This document shows positions 21,285 to 30,810 of a DNA stretch of 64,000 bases, in pieces; position 1 is the first letter of the stretch; each line of letters begins with the position of its first letter. Origin of the DNA: Bacteroidales bacterium. Lineage in GTDB: Bacteria; Bacteroidota; Bacteroidia; Bacteroidales; UBA10428. The stretch lies in NCBI GenBank assembly GCA_016934395.1, contig JAFGSZ010000080.1:33692-97691 (forward strand), in the 5' to 3' direction. The notes under the pieces were generated by a model. It ran no database searches, had not been told where the DNA came from, and saw only the letters and a list, made by a program, of their open reading frames with translations. The position numbers and the translations under genes were made by a program.

Positions 21285-22955
21285 ATGAAATTAAAAATTG
21301 CAGCTAAAATAGGTATCGGTTACGGAATAATGACCTTGGCGCTAATTATTAATGCATTACTCACGAATAATGCATTAAGAAACAACCGAGAAGTAAATCA
21401 GAATATCACGGATGTTTACACTCCTTCACTGGAATTTATTAATGATTTGTATTCCCGCATTAGCGATTCAAGAATGTTAATTAAATCCTGGGTATTTATA
21501 GATAAAATATCAGATACTCCTGATAAACTTCGGCTTAAAAGCCTACATGAAATACAATATCCGGAATTGCACGATACGTTGCAATATTACAGCCAATTCT
21601 GGTCTGCAGAACAAAAGGAAACTCTGGGAAATATCGATGCTGCCATCAACGATACCCTGTTCCCTCTGCATAATTATGTGATGGAACAATTAAGTTCATT
21701 TGAAAGTTATGATGATCCCTTTATAGTTTTCGAAGTTACACCAATGACTGAAGAAGGCGGAGATATTATGGTCTTAACCCAAAAAATACTTGACCAGATT
21801 TCGTCCTTTCAGCAAGAACTCGAAGAAATTACCAATAAGGCCAGAGCGGAGATGGTAAAATCTTTCGACAATTTCAGAACATTTATTTTCCTCATGGGTT
21901 TTGGAATGGTGTTAGCAGCTATAATCATTGGATATATTACTATTCAATCACTGGTAAATCCGATAAATAATACTAAAAATATCCTGCTGCAAATGAGTAA
22001 AGGAATTTTACCAGAAGATAATCTTAAGGAAGGAAGTGATGAAACCGGACAAATGGCAAAAGCATTAAATATGCTCATCAGAAGCCTGAAAGAAATATCG
22101 AATTTTGCAATTGAGATTGGTAAAGGTAATTTTAAGAGTGAATTCCAGCCTCTGAGCGAAGATGATGCTTTGGGAAATTCATTGCTTGAAATGCGCGAGG
22201 AATTGAATAAAGCCTCGAATGAAGAAGAAAAGCGTAAAGTTGAAGACAGTCATAGAAACTGGGCCTCCCAGGGAGTTGCACAGTTTAGTGATATCCTTAG
22301 AAAAAATGTGGACGATATTGAAGAATTATCCTATAATATTATCAGTAATCTTGTACAATATACAAATTCTAACCAGGGCGGAATATTTATTTTAAATGAT
22401 AATGATCCTGGTAGTTTATTCCTTGAGATGACTGCATGTTATGCATTCGATCGAAGAAAATTTCTTGAGAAAAAAATTGAAATTGGTGAAGGGCTTGTCG
22501 GCAGATGTTATCAGGAAAAAGAAAAAATATATCTTACAGACATCCCGAAAGATTATATAAAAATCACTTCAGGTTTAGGCGAGGATAATCCTAAAAGCTT
22601 ATTGCTGGTACCACTCATTTATAACGATCTTATTTATGGAATTATTGAAATAGCCTCTCTAAATCAGTATCAGGAATATGAAATTGAATTTATTGAACGT
22701 ATTGCAGAAATAATTGCCGCTACCATATCTACTGCAAAAAGTAATATACAAACAACTATCTTGTTGGAAAAATCTCAGCAACAGGCAGAAGAAATGGCAG
22801 CCCAGGAAGAAGAAATGCGGCAGAATATGGAAGAAATGCAGGCTACTCAGGAAGAATTACAACGAAAACAGGAAAGTATTATAAAAATTGCCGAAGAGGT
22901 ATTTGAAGAAGAAGAAAAAATACGAGAATTTATTAAACGATACAAAGAGTTATAG
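21285..22955 (+). CDS. Membrane sensor: TM, periplasmic helical-bundle domain, TM, HAMP, GAF, coiled coil; no output domain
   Basis: Two TM helices; HAMP (PINNTK...SDETGQMAKALN); GAF (GEGLVGRCYQE, LLLVPL, GIIEIASL); EEMAAQEEEMRQNMEEMQATQEE coiled coil; ends without HisKA, MCP, GGDEF or SpoIIE motifs. Confidence 0.85.
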   Translation: MKLKIAAKIGIGYGIMTLALIINALLTNNALRNNREVNQNITDVYTPSLEFINDLYSRISDSRMLIKSWVFIDKISDTPDKLRLKSLHEIQYPELHDTLQYYSQFWSAEQKETLGNIDAAINDTLFPLHNYVMEQLSSFESYDDPFIVFEVTPMTEEGGDIMVLTQKILDQISSFQQELEEITNKARAEMVKSFDNFRTFIFLMGFGMVLAAIIIGYITIQSLVNPINNTKNILLQMSKGILPEDNLKEGSDETGQMAKALNMLIRSLKEISNFAIEIGKGNFKSEFQPLSEDDALGNSLLEMREELNKASNEEEKRKVEDSHRNWASQGVAQFSDILRKNVDDIEELSYNIISNLVQYTNSNQGGIFILNDNDPGSLFLEMTACYAFDRRKFLEKKIEIGEGLVGRCYQEKEKIYLTDIPKDYIKITSGLGEDNPKSLLLVPLIYNDLIYGIIEIASLNQYQEYEIEFIERIAEIIAATISTAKSNIQTTILLEKSQQQAEEMAAQEEEMRQNMEEMQATQEELQRKQESIIKIAEEVFEEEEKIREFIKRYKEL

Positions 22956-23028
22956 CTGTAAAAAATAAATTTATCATTAGTAGCCACATAAACGTTCTAT
23001 TTTAGTTGTTTCATCTCTAATTTTATTT

Positions 23029-24474
23029 ATGGCCCTTCACCAGCTTATTTCAATTGATGAGGAAAAATGTGTAAACTGCCACCGTTGCATCTCTGCATGT
23101 CCAGTAAAATTTCCTAACATCGGAACAAAAGATTTTATTGAATTAAACCACGATCTTTGTATCGGATGCGGAGCATGTATTAAAGTATGTACTCACGATG
23201 CACGATTTCCTGTAGATGATTTTACAGTTTCGATGGAAGCAATACAGAAAGGGGAAAAAGTAATCGCTATAATAGCGCCTGCGGTTGCTGCCAGTTTTCC
23301 GGATAATTATTTAAACCTGAATGGCTGGCTAAAATCATTAGGTGTTGAAGCCTGTTTTGATGTTAGTTTTGGTGCCGAACTTACTGTAAAATCATATCTT
23401 GAATTTATTAAGACTAAAAAGCCAAATCTGGTAATTGCCCAGCCATGTCCGGCTATTGTAAACTATATACAGATTTATAAACCCGAATTAATACCCTATC
23501 TGGCTCCTGCAGACAGCCCCATGGTGCATGCAATGAAAATGATCCGAAAATACTATCCGGCTTATCAAAAGCACAAAATGATGGTGATTTCACCATGTAT
23601 AGCGAAAAAAAGAGAATTTGAGGAAACCAAAACCGGGGATTTTAATGTTACAATTTATAGTCTGAAAAAGTTTTTTGAAAAAAATAATATCATCTTGCGC
23701 GATTACCCACAAACCGATTACAACAATCATCCCGCAGAAAGAGCAGTTACATTTTCAAAACCCGGGGGACTGCTTGAAACAGTAGAAAGAGAAGTACCCG
23801 ATATTAAATATAATTCCCGCAAAATTGAAGGAGTAGAAATAATCTACGAGTACCTCGATAAATTAGCTTCAAATCTTAAAGATCAGAAACATCCATTGCT
23901 AATCGATTGCCTGAATTGCGAACTTGGATGTAATGGAGGAACAGGTACTACTAACCAGGATAAATCACCGGATGAACTTGAATATTATATTAATAAACGA
24001 AGGGATGAAATGAAAGCCCTTCATAAAACAGATGCTCAGAATCCCGGTTCGCTTGAAAAACTTAGAAAAAAAATTGACTCCTATTGGGAAAATAATTTAT
24101 ATACCAGGACTTATAAAAATTTATCTGGTATTTTCTCTTCCGCTATAAACCAGCCCAAACAAAAAGATATCGATACCATTTTTAATTCGATGCATAAGTA
24201 CGAAAAAGAAGACATAAAAAATTGTTCAAGCTGCGGATACAATGATTGCGAACTGATGTCTGTTGCAATTTTTAATAATCTGAATAAAAAAGAAAACTGT
24301 CACTTTTATATCCATCAGGAAAACGAAAGCCTTAAAGAAACTATGCAAGTTAAGCTTGCTGAACTCCAGGAGAAACAGCATGAAATGAAAAACCAAAAGA
24401 CAGAAATGATAGAAAAAGCTGAAGAGTTTTTGCAGGTACTTGAAAAATTACGTACTCTAAGTAAGAATATATAG
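23029..24474 (+). CDS. [FeFe]-hydrogenase-like Fe-S protein (sensory group C-like) with C-terminal coiled coil
   Basis: 2x[4Fe-4S] ferredoxin (CVNCHRCISACP, CIGCGACIKVC); H-cluster motifs AQPCPA, SPCIAKKRE, DCLNCELGCNGG; C-terminal FeS motif CSSCGYNDC...C; about 55-aa charged tail. Confidence 0.88.
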   Translation: MALHQLISIDEEKCVNCHRCISACPVKFPNIGTKDFIELNHDLCIGCGACIKVCTHDARFPVDDFTVSMEAIQKGEKVIAIIAPAVAASFPDNYLNLNGWLKSLGVEACFDVSFGAELTVKSYLEFIKTKKPNLVIAQPCPAIVNYIQIYKPELIPYLAPADSPMVHAMKMIRKYYPAYQKHKMMVISPCIAKKREFEETKTGDFNVTIYSLKKFFEKNNIILRDYPQTDYNNHPAERAVTFSKPGGLLETVEREVPDIKYNSRKIEGVEIIYEYLDKLASNLKDQKHPLLIDCLNCELGCNGGTGTTNQDKSPDELEYYINKRRDEMKALHKTDAQNPGSLEKLRKKIDSYWENNLYTRTYKNLSGIFSSAINQPKQKDIDTIFNSMHKYEKEDIKNCSSCGYNDCELMSVAIFNNLNKKENCHFYIHQENESLKETMQVKLAELQEKQHEMKNQKTEMIEKAEEFLQVLEKLRTLSKNI

Positions 24475-24505
24475 TAAACACGTAAATTCCCAATAATTTT
24501 TTTTA

Positions 24506-25147
24506 TCATTCATCACAATAATATTCGCATGCCTCACTTATAGGCATATCTCCATCCAGAATTTCAATAATCCTTTGAAATGTTTTTGGCATATTTAAAC
24601 TTTCAGCAATTACATATGCCAGGTTTCCGCGACTGGTTGTGCCGGGTTCTTCAAAATGCTTTGATACCTTTATTAATTGTGTGGCCGGATTATCATTTAA
24701 CTTTCCGGGCCTGAAGATGGTAAAATCTAATCCCGAACTTATAAGATAATTGTCTGCTTTGGCTTTAGCCTTATAGTAATGCTGAATTTTGGAGGATTTA
24801 TCCGGATCCCAGGCTCCCTGGGCACTTACCATAATATACCTGCTCACCTCATATTCCACAGCCATGCTAATACTTTTCATTGCACCATTCTGATCAACAG
24901 CAATTGTTTTATCCTGACCTGTTTTAGAACCACTTCCGGCAGTAAAAATAACCGTGTCAATATCTTCATATGCCCCGGCAAAATCTTTTTCAAGATCTGC
25001 CACAAAGGGTTTTCCCCCCAATCTGAAAATTTCATCAGACTGGTTTTCATCTCTTATCATCCCCCTCACATAGTTCCCTTGCTGAGCTAAAATCTGTACA
25101 ACCAGTTTCCCAACTTTACCATGCGATCCAATTACTAAAATTTTCAT
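24506..25147 (-). CDS. Atypical SDR / NAD(P)H-binding oxidoreductase
   Basis: ILVIGSHGKVG, VIFTAGSG, YYKAKAKAD, FTIFRPGKL. Confidence 0.9.
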   Translation of the reverse strand: MKILVIGSHGKVGKLVVQILAQQGNYVRGMIRDENQSDEIFRLGGKPFVADLEKDFAGAYEDIDTVIFTAGSGSKTGQDKTIAVDQNGAMKSISMAVEYEVSRYIMVSAQGAWDPDKSSKIQHYYKAKAKADNYLISSGLDFTIFRPGKLNDNPATQLIKVSKHFEEPGTTSRGNLAYVIAESLNMPKTFQRIIEILDGDMPISEACEYYCDE

Positions 25148-25187
25148 CGCTCATCATTTTTAACTTCATCATCAAAATTCCCTAAAT

Positions 25188-25195
25188 CAAAGTTA
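25188..25195 (-). promoter_or_regulatory. -7 promoter element (TAACTTTG) for the SDR gene
   Basis: CAAAGTTA on + equals TAACTTTG on -, 40 nt upstream of the start codon. Confidence 0.5.
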
Positions 25196-25301
25196 TTTCA
25201 TCTTCAACTAAAATCACTACTTTTTCTTATTGTTTTTAATTATTTAGTCAAGATTTAATCGAAAGCCTTATACAACGGGCAAAATATCAATAGTAGGATA
25301 C

Positions 25302-25328
25302 AAAAAAAGGAGTGCAAAACACTCCTTT
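25302..25328 (-). terminator. Intrinsic terminator after the DUF1080 gene
   Basis: Perfect 9-bp stem AAAGGAGTG-caaaa-CACTCCTTT, with a U-tract on the minus strand. Confidence 0.8.
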
Positions 25329-25348
25329 CCAATACTGATATTGGAGTT

Positions 25349-26092
25349 TTATAACTCCTTAATTTTAATATTTCTATACCAAACATCGTCGCCATGGTCC
25401 TGAAGCCCAATAAGACCTTTTGAAGCCACATTAGCCCAATCAGGATTATAAGAAGGAAATTTACTTTTGGCAACCATGGCGTTCCATTCTGGTGTCCAGA
25501 GATGGTACTCTAGGACAACTTCGCCATTTTGATAATGCCATACACTTCCTTTATACACTTTAATTTCAGCCGTGTTCCATTCTCCGGCAGGTTTCGCATT
25601 TTGCGGATTTGCGGGTATCAGGTCATACAAAGATGCAGATTGTCTGTTTCCATCAATACCGGCTTGTGCATCCGGGTGGCGTTCATTATCAAGAATCTGA
25701 TATTCCGGTGCTGTTTGCCAGATATTTTCTTGTGTTTCCTGAGCAAGATAAAAAACTCCTGAATTTCCGCCTTCTGAAATTTTCCATTCAAAGGTAAGTT
25801 CAAAATTCTGAAATTCTTTATTATAAACAATATCGCCACCGTCTACTGCTCCCGCTTCTCCACGACCTGAACCCTGGCACATCAATGCTCCTTCAACAAT
25901 TTTCCATGCTGAAGGAAGGCTGTCTTTTTTATATCCTCTCCAACCTTCTGTTGATGTGCCGTCAAACAATGTTACCCAACCTTCTTCCTCACCGGCCACA
26001 TCGGTTTTTTTAGTGGGGGAAGTTTTGCAGGCACTAACCAAGACCAGGGCGGAAATAAACAGGTATACAAAAAATAAATTATGTTTTTTCAT
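25349..26092 (-). CDS. DUF1080 (3-keto-disaccharide hydrolase family) lipoprotein
   Basis: Lipobox LVSAC; WVTLFDG...GWRGY, EWKISEGGNSG, PEYQILDN, GEWN, IGLQDHG.VWYRNIKI. Confidence 0.92.
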   Translation of the reverse strand: MKKHNLFFVYLFISALVLVSACKTSPTKKTDVAGEEEGWVTLFDGTSTEGWRGYKKDSLPSAWKIVEGALMCQGSGRGEAGAVDGGDIVYNKEFQNFELTFEWKISEGGNSGVFYLAQETQENIWQTAPEYQILDNERHPDAQAGIDGNRQSASLYDLIPANPQNAKPAGEWNTAEIKVYKGSVWHYQNGEVVLEYHLWTPEWNAMVAKSKFPSYNPDWANVASKGLIGLQDHGDDVWYRNIKIKEL

Positions 26093-26125
26093 TTTTTCAA
26101 TATTTTAAAATTAATAATCAATCTG

Positions 26126-27613
26126 TTACACTTTTGGCATTTCAGGTAATGACCAGCCATCCCTGTATGTATGTTTGATAAGTTCAGCAGCAAAATCAGC
26201 AGCCGACATTTCATCTGTCCATTTTTTATCGAATGTGGGATGACCGTCATGGATTTTAAAGCCGTCTTCAATAACTGTTTTTATTTTTTCAGTATCTGAA
26301 ATGTTGGTGAAACGCATATTTTTACCATCCCATTCAAGTTCTTTATTTAAACCCTGCAACCTTACAGCAAGTACACCCATAACTACCATTTCATTAAATG
26401 GTCCGGCTTCTTTAAAAGCAGATGCAGACTCCACTCTGCTTCCGGCACTTTCTTTACATGCGCGCACCCAATCCATTTCATGAGTAGCTTCAACCCGTCT
26501 TACCGTTTTAGGAACATTTGGGGTCCTTCCCGAAAGCAGCCAGGGATCCATACCGTAACATCCGCAAACCAGGGTATCTTTAGTTCCATGGAATAACACT
26601 CCGCCTCCGCGATTATTCATGTCTTTTCCTGCCGGCCAGCCTTCAGGTTTCATAGGTTGTATGCCTCCATCGTACCAGGTAACATCCACCGCAGGCATAT
26701 TTACTTTAGCCATAGCTTTACGTTCAGGGAAAGAAATTTTTACAGTTTGTGCATTTGGTGCACAATCGGTTAATAATAAAGTAGAACTTCCCTGGGCTTT
26801 AACCGGGTATTGAAGATTCAAACCTACAAATACCGGATGCAGGATATGGCAGGCCATATCGCCCAATGCTCCTGTACCAAAATCCCACCATCCACGCCAG
26901 TTCCATGGTGTATAGATACTGTTATACGGACGTGTTGGAGCAGGCCCAATAAATAAATCCCAGTTCAGGGTTTCAGGAACATCCATTTTTTCAGTGGGCC
27001 GGTTTAATCCCTGTGGCCAAATCGGTCGATCGGTAAAAGCTTCAACTCTTGTTACCTCACCAATTTCTCCATTCCAAATCCATTCACGGATCAGGTTAAC
27101 ACCTTCACCTGAAGCACCCTGGTTTCCCATCTGGGTAGCTACTTTATATTTTGCAGCAAGATTAGTTAATAACCTCGACTCGTAAACTGTATGTGTAAGT
27201 GGTTTTTGAAGATATACATGTTTACCTAATGTAATTGCATTGGCAGCAGTAATTGCATGCGTGTGGTCAGCAGTAGCAATAACCACAGCATCTATTGAAT
27301 CCTTCATTTCATCGAACATTTTTCGCCAGTCCCAAAATCTTTTTGCATTTGGAAAATCATTAAAACAACCGTCAGAATATTTCCAGTCCACATCGCATAG
27401 GGCCACAATGTTTTCTGTTTTCATTTCATTCAGGTTTCTTCTACCCATTCCCCCAACACCTATCCCGGCTATATTAAGTTTGTCACTGGGAGGAGTATGA
27501 CCAAGGCCGGCAATAACATTGCTGGGAACAATAGTAAATCCGGCTGTAGCAGCAGCTACATTGCCAATGAATTTTCTCCTTGTGATTTTTGAACTTTTTG
27601 AATTTAAACTCAT
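26126..27613 (-). CDS. Tat-exported Gfo/Idh/MocA oxidoreductase
   Basis: Tat motif TRRKFI; GIGVGGMG, ATADHTH, KHVYLQKPL, TQMGNQG, WRGWWDFGTGALGDMACH. Confidence 0.93.
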   Translation of the reverse strand: MSLNSKSSKITRRKFIGNVAAATAGFTIVPSNVIAGLGHTPPSDKLNIAGIGVGGMGRRNLNEMKTENIVALCDVDWKYSDGCFNDFPNAKRFWDWRKMFDEMKDSIDAVVIATADHTHAITAANAITLGKHVYLQKPLTHTVYESRLLTNLAAKYKVATQMGNQGASGEGVNLIREWIWNGEIGEVTRVEAFTDRPIWPQGLNRPTEKMDVPETLNWDLFIGPAPTRPYNSIYTPWNWRGWWDFGTGALGDMACHILHPVFVGLNLQYPVKAQGSSTLLLTDCAPNAQTVKISFPERKAMAKVNMPAVDVTWYDGGIQPMKPEGWPAGKDMNNRGGGVLFHGTKDTLVCGCYGMDPWLLSGRTPNVPKTVRRVEATHEMDWVRACKESAGSRVESASAFKEAGPFNEMVVMGVLAVRLQGLNKELEWDGKNMRFTNISDTEKIKTVIEDGFKIHDGHPTFDKKWTDEMSAADFAAELIKHTYRDGWSLPEMPKV

Positions 27614-27729
27614 GGTTAGTTATCTTTATGAAGGTTAATATTTTAAAAATTTGAAAATTAATATTACAAAAATTTCTATGAAATAGAAAGCGAATACCTT
27701 TAAAACTAAAAATCAATTACAGGGTACAT

Positions 27730-29265
27730 TCACGATACTATTTGTTCTTTTGCATAGTCCCAATATACTCTTTTCCCTTCACGAAGAGCTTTTGTAGCCA
27801 TATGGGCTGATATGGCCTCCTCAAATCCCTGGTCAATATCACAACTCGGCTGTTTATTAAGCCTTATAGATTGTATCCACTCTCTGATATGCAAATGAGT
27901 TGTATCTACACGTTTTCCATCCCGGTAGGAATAAAGCAATCCTCTGCCGGCAAAATATTTTTCAGTTGGGGAGGTAATAGCATCAAAATGCTTCTGACCC
28001 GGAAAATAGGAATATATGGGATTATTCGGATCGATCACTCCGTTTTCAATATACTCCTTAAAACGTGTGGAGGCAGAGTCTGCATAAATTACCAGTTGTT
28101 GACCTAATTCCATATTTCCGTCATGCCCCATGATTACTTTTCCCCTATTCCGGTTACTGGACAATGAAGCGCTATATAATAAGGTAAGGTCCTGATCAGG
28201 AAATTCCATTATCGTATTTTGCACATCGGGAACTGTGCGCCCATCTTTATAAAAGTAAATACCCCCCGAAGCTACCACAGACTCAGGAATTCCTATACCC
28301 ATAATCTGGTTTATAGCATCATATTCATGTGTAAGCAAATCACCGGTTAAACCTGTACTATAATCCCACCAGCAACGCCAGCGGAAAAATCGCTCCAGAC
28401 TAAATTCATGATAAGGCGCCTGGCCAATAAACTGTTTCCAGTCAATGGTTTCCGGGGAGGCCTTTTCATGAATGGGATATACCCATGCTCCATTGGGATC
28501 ATTTCTGTTGGTGCAAACTTCAACAAGATTAATTTTGCCAAGAACTCCCTTTTTAATAGCTTCCTTTGCCTTAATATAACTTTCTGTTTGTCTGCCCTGG
28601 TGACCTAATTGGAAGACTATATTGTTTTCTTTTACCACTTTTCTCAATTCGTAGGTTTTCTCAACGGTCCAGGTCATTGGTTTTTCACAATATACATGTT
28701 TACCATGTTTAGCAGCTTCGATTGCCATCGGAGCATGCCAATGATCGGGAGTAGCAATTATTACTGCATCAATGTCCGGCGCCTGAATCAACTCAATATA
28801 TGTTTTATAGCGCTTTGGGAAGTTATCTTGTTTTACAGCTGATCCGCTTTTTGATTCATTTGCTGCGGCTTCCATGGCTTCGGTAGCATGTACATCAAAA
28901 ATGTCGCAAATCCCGGTTATTTCAATATTCAGATCTTCCTGATCTAAAAAATCCTGATATCGTGTATCTCTTGGATTTTCACGTGCAGCATTTATGTGTT
29001 CATCAATCCATAAGGGATGAGCAAAACCTGCAGCACGCATAAGCTGGCGTCCGCGAATACCATACCCAAGTAATCCAATTCTAATTTTTTGATCCTTGTT
29101 TGCATCCGAATATAATTCAGGAATGGCAGAATCCAGGTTAAGTTCATTTAATAAAATATACTGTTTGTTTTGGACCACTCGTCTTGTCTTAAAAACGCCA
29201 TATGCAAAAGCGCCTAAAACAGGAATTGTAGCAAGACTTTTAATTAAATCCCTTCTGCTGATCAT
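27730..29265 (-). CDS. Gfo/Idh/MocA oxidoreductase with twin-arginine-like N-terminus
   Basis: SRRDLIK; GLLGYGIRG, IATPDHWH, HVYCEKPM, WRCWWDYSTG. Confidence 0.92.
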   Translation of the reverse strand: MISRRDLIKSLATIPVLGAFAYGVFKTRRVVQNKQYILLNELNLDSAIPELYSDANKDQKIRIGLLGYGIRGRQLMRAAGFAHPLWIDEHINAARENPRDTRYQDFLDQEDLNIEITGICDIFDVHATEAMEAAANESKSGSAVKQDNFPKRYKTYIELIQAPDIDAVIIATPDHWHAPMAIEAAKHGKHVYCEKPMTWTVEKTYELRKVVKENNIVFQLGHQGRQTESYIKAKEAIKKGVLGKINLVEVCTNRNDPNGAWVYPIHEKASPETIDWKQFIGQAPYHEFSLERFFRWRCWWDYSTGLTGDLLTHEYDAINQIMGIGIPESVVASGGIYFYKDGRTVPDVQNTIMEFPDQDLTLLYSASLSSNRNRGKVIMGHDGNMELGQQLVIYADSASTRFKEYIENGVIDPNNPIYSYFPGQKHFDAITSPTEKYFAGRGLLYSYRDGKRVDTTHLHIREWIQSIRLNKQPSCDIDQGFEEAISAHMATKALREGKRVYWDYAKEQIVS

Positions 29266-29332
29266 GACAATTTTTATCTAATATATTATCCTTTTTTTTA
29301 TGTACAATGGGTCTGAATCCCTGTCTATTACT

Positions 29333-29800
29333 TTATTTAAGTTTACTGATTAATCGATCGAGGCCTACTATTTTCCCTGTAGGAAAAACAAATAATACCA
29401 GAAGCGAGAAAATTTCGATCAAGGTTTTATTCACAATAAGATAGCTGCCTTCTTGGGGTAACATATATTCCAATGATGGTGATGCCGGATGCGATAAATA
29501 ATATAAACTTAAAAGCAGAATACCACATAATGTGGAAAACCGTGTGAATGCTCCCAATATGAGCCCAAGGCCAATAAGTGTTAAGCCCCAGATATTAATA
29601 AAATCGATAGTCTGAAGTATTGTTGAATTATAAGTTAATGAAATAAAAAAATTAGCAAAAAGCCCCTTTGAATCCAGAAGATAGCCCAGTGAACTCCAGC
29701 CGGGGTTCATTATTTTGACAATTCCTTCATACAAAAAATGCCATCCGATTAATATCCTTAAGGTTGTCAGAAAAAAAACCTGTGAATTTCTAAGGTTCAT
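29333..29800 (-). CDS. DoxX family membrane protein
   Basis: LRILIGWHFLYEGIVK, hydrophobic helices, YLIVNKTLIE, GLD. Confidence 0.88.
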   Translation of the reverse strand: MNLRNSQVFFLTTLRILIGWHFLYEGIVKIMNPGWSSLGYLLDSKGLFANFFISLTYNSTILQTIDFINIWGLTLIGLGLILGAFTRFSTLCGILLLSLYYLSHPASPSLEYMLPQEGSYLIVNKTLIEIFSLLVLFVFPTGKIVGLDRLISKLK

Positions 29801-29972
29801 TGATTGAATGGTATTATATAAATATTAATGGTGTAACAATTATAATAAAATTCATACAATAAAAAAATGTTAAAGTCCCAAAGTATATAATTTTAGTAGC
29901 ATATAATAATTAATACATAAGATTATTACCATTTGGATAATAATCAAATTAAATTTTCATGAATGTGAACTT

Positions 29973-29995
29973 TTGAAATATTAAGAATATTTCAA
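29973..29995. promoter_or_regulatory. Perfect inverted repeat, candidate operator
   Basis: TTGAAATATT-aag-AATATTTCAA in the divergent intergenic region. Confidence 0.4.
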
Positions 29996-30140
29996 CACAT
30001 TTTAAAAAGTAAAAAATTTATGTTTGAAAATTGTAAATCAGTATAAAAATTACCTGAACTAAAAGGAAAATCATAAACAATATTTAATTCATCTTGTTAA
30101 GAATAATTTATGGTGTTTACAGATTCCAGATTGATTTCAT

Positions 30141-30148
30141 TATATTTG
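30141..30148 (+). promoter_or_regulatory. -7 promoter element (TATATTTG)
   Basis: Matches TAnnTTTG upstream of the DUF151 gene. Confidence 0.5.
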
Positions 30149-30195
30149 TAAGACAGATTAGTTTTCTCGAATTGAATTCGATTACATAATAATTA

Positions 30196-30810
30196 ATGAG
30201 TAAAATAAAACTAAACGTATTAGGAATTTCATATTCTCAAACCCAAACAGGTGCATATGCATTGGTACTTGCCGAAGAAAACGGGAAACGCAGAATTCCT
30301 ATTATAGTTGGGGGATTTGAAGCTCAGGCTATAGCTATACAACTTGAAGGTTTAAAACCACCCCGGCCATTAACGCATGATTTGTTTTATAATTTTGCTA
30401 AAACATTTGGAGTTGATCTTCTGGAAATTACTATTTATAAACTCGAAGAAGGAGTATTCCATTCAAAATTGATTTGTTTTGATGGTCAAAGACATATTGA
30501 AATTGATTCAAGGACCTCTGATGCCATTGCCCTTGCCTTACGTTTTAAATGTCCGATTTTTACAACAGAAAAAATATTAGAAAAGTCGGGAATAATTCTT
30601 GATCTTGAAAAAGATACACATGCATCATCCGACCCTGAAGATGATAAATATTCCAAAAATATTAAGATTGAGGAGGAACCTAATAGAGAAAACTTCTCTA
30701 AAATAACTGTTCAGGAACTAAAAGAAATGCTTGATAATGCTATTAAAAATGAAAATTATGAGCGCGCTTCATTAATTCGCGATGAAATGAAACGCAGAAA
30801 AACCTTTTAG
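30196..30810 (+). CDS. Bifunctional nuclease family (DUF151) protein with C-terminal UVR domain
   Basis: IPIIVGGFEAQAI, PRPLTHDL, IDSRTSDAIALA; UVR motif AIKNENYERASLIRDE. Confidence 0.92.
   Translation: MSKIKLNVLGISYSQTQTGAYALVLAEENGKRRIPIIVGGFEAQAIAIQLEGLKPPRPLTHDLFYNFAKTFGVDLLEITIYKLEEGVFHSKLICFDGQRHIEIDSRTSDAIALALRFKCPIFTTEKILEKSGIILDLEKDTHASSDPEDDKYSKNIKIEEEPNRENFSKITVQELKEMLDNAIKNENYERASLIRDEMKRRKTF

Noticed and set aside
29266-29332. Frameshifted DoxX-oxidoreductase fusion via the A8 tract
   Set aside because: DoxX has its own stop before the tract, and the oxidoreductase frame has a TAG between the tract and its ATG, so one slip would not fuse them.
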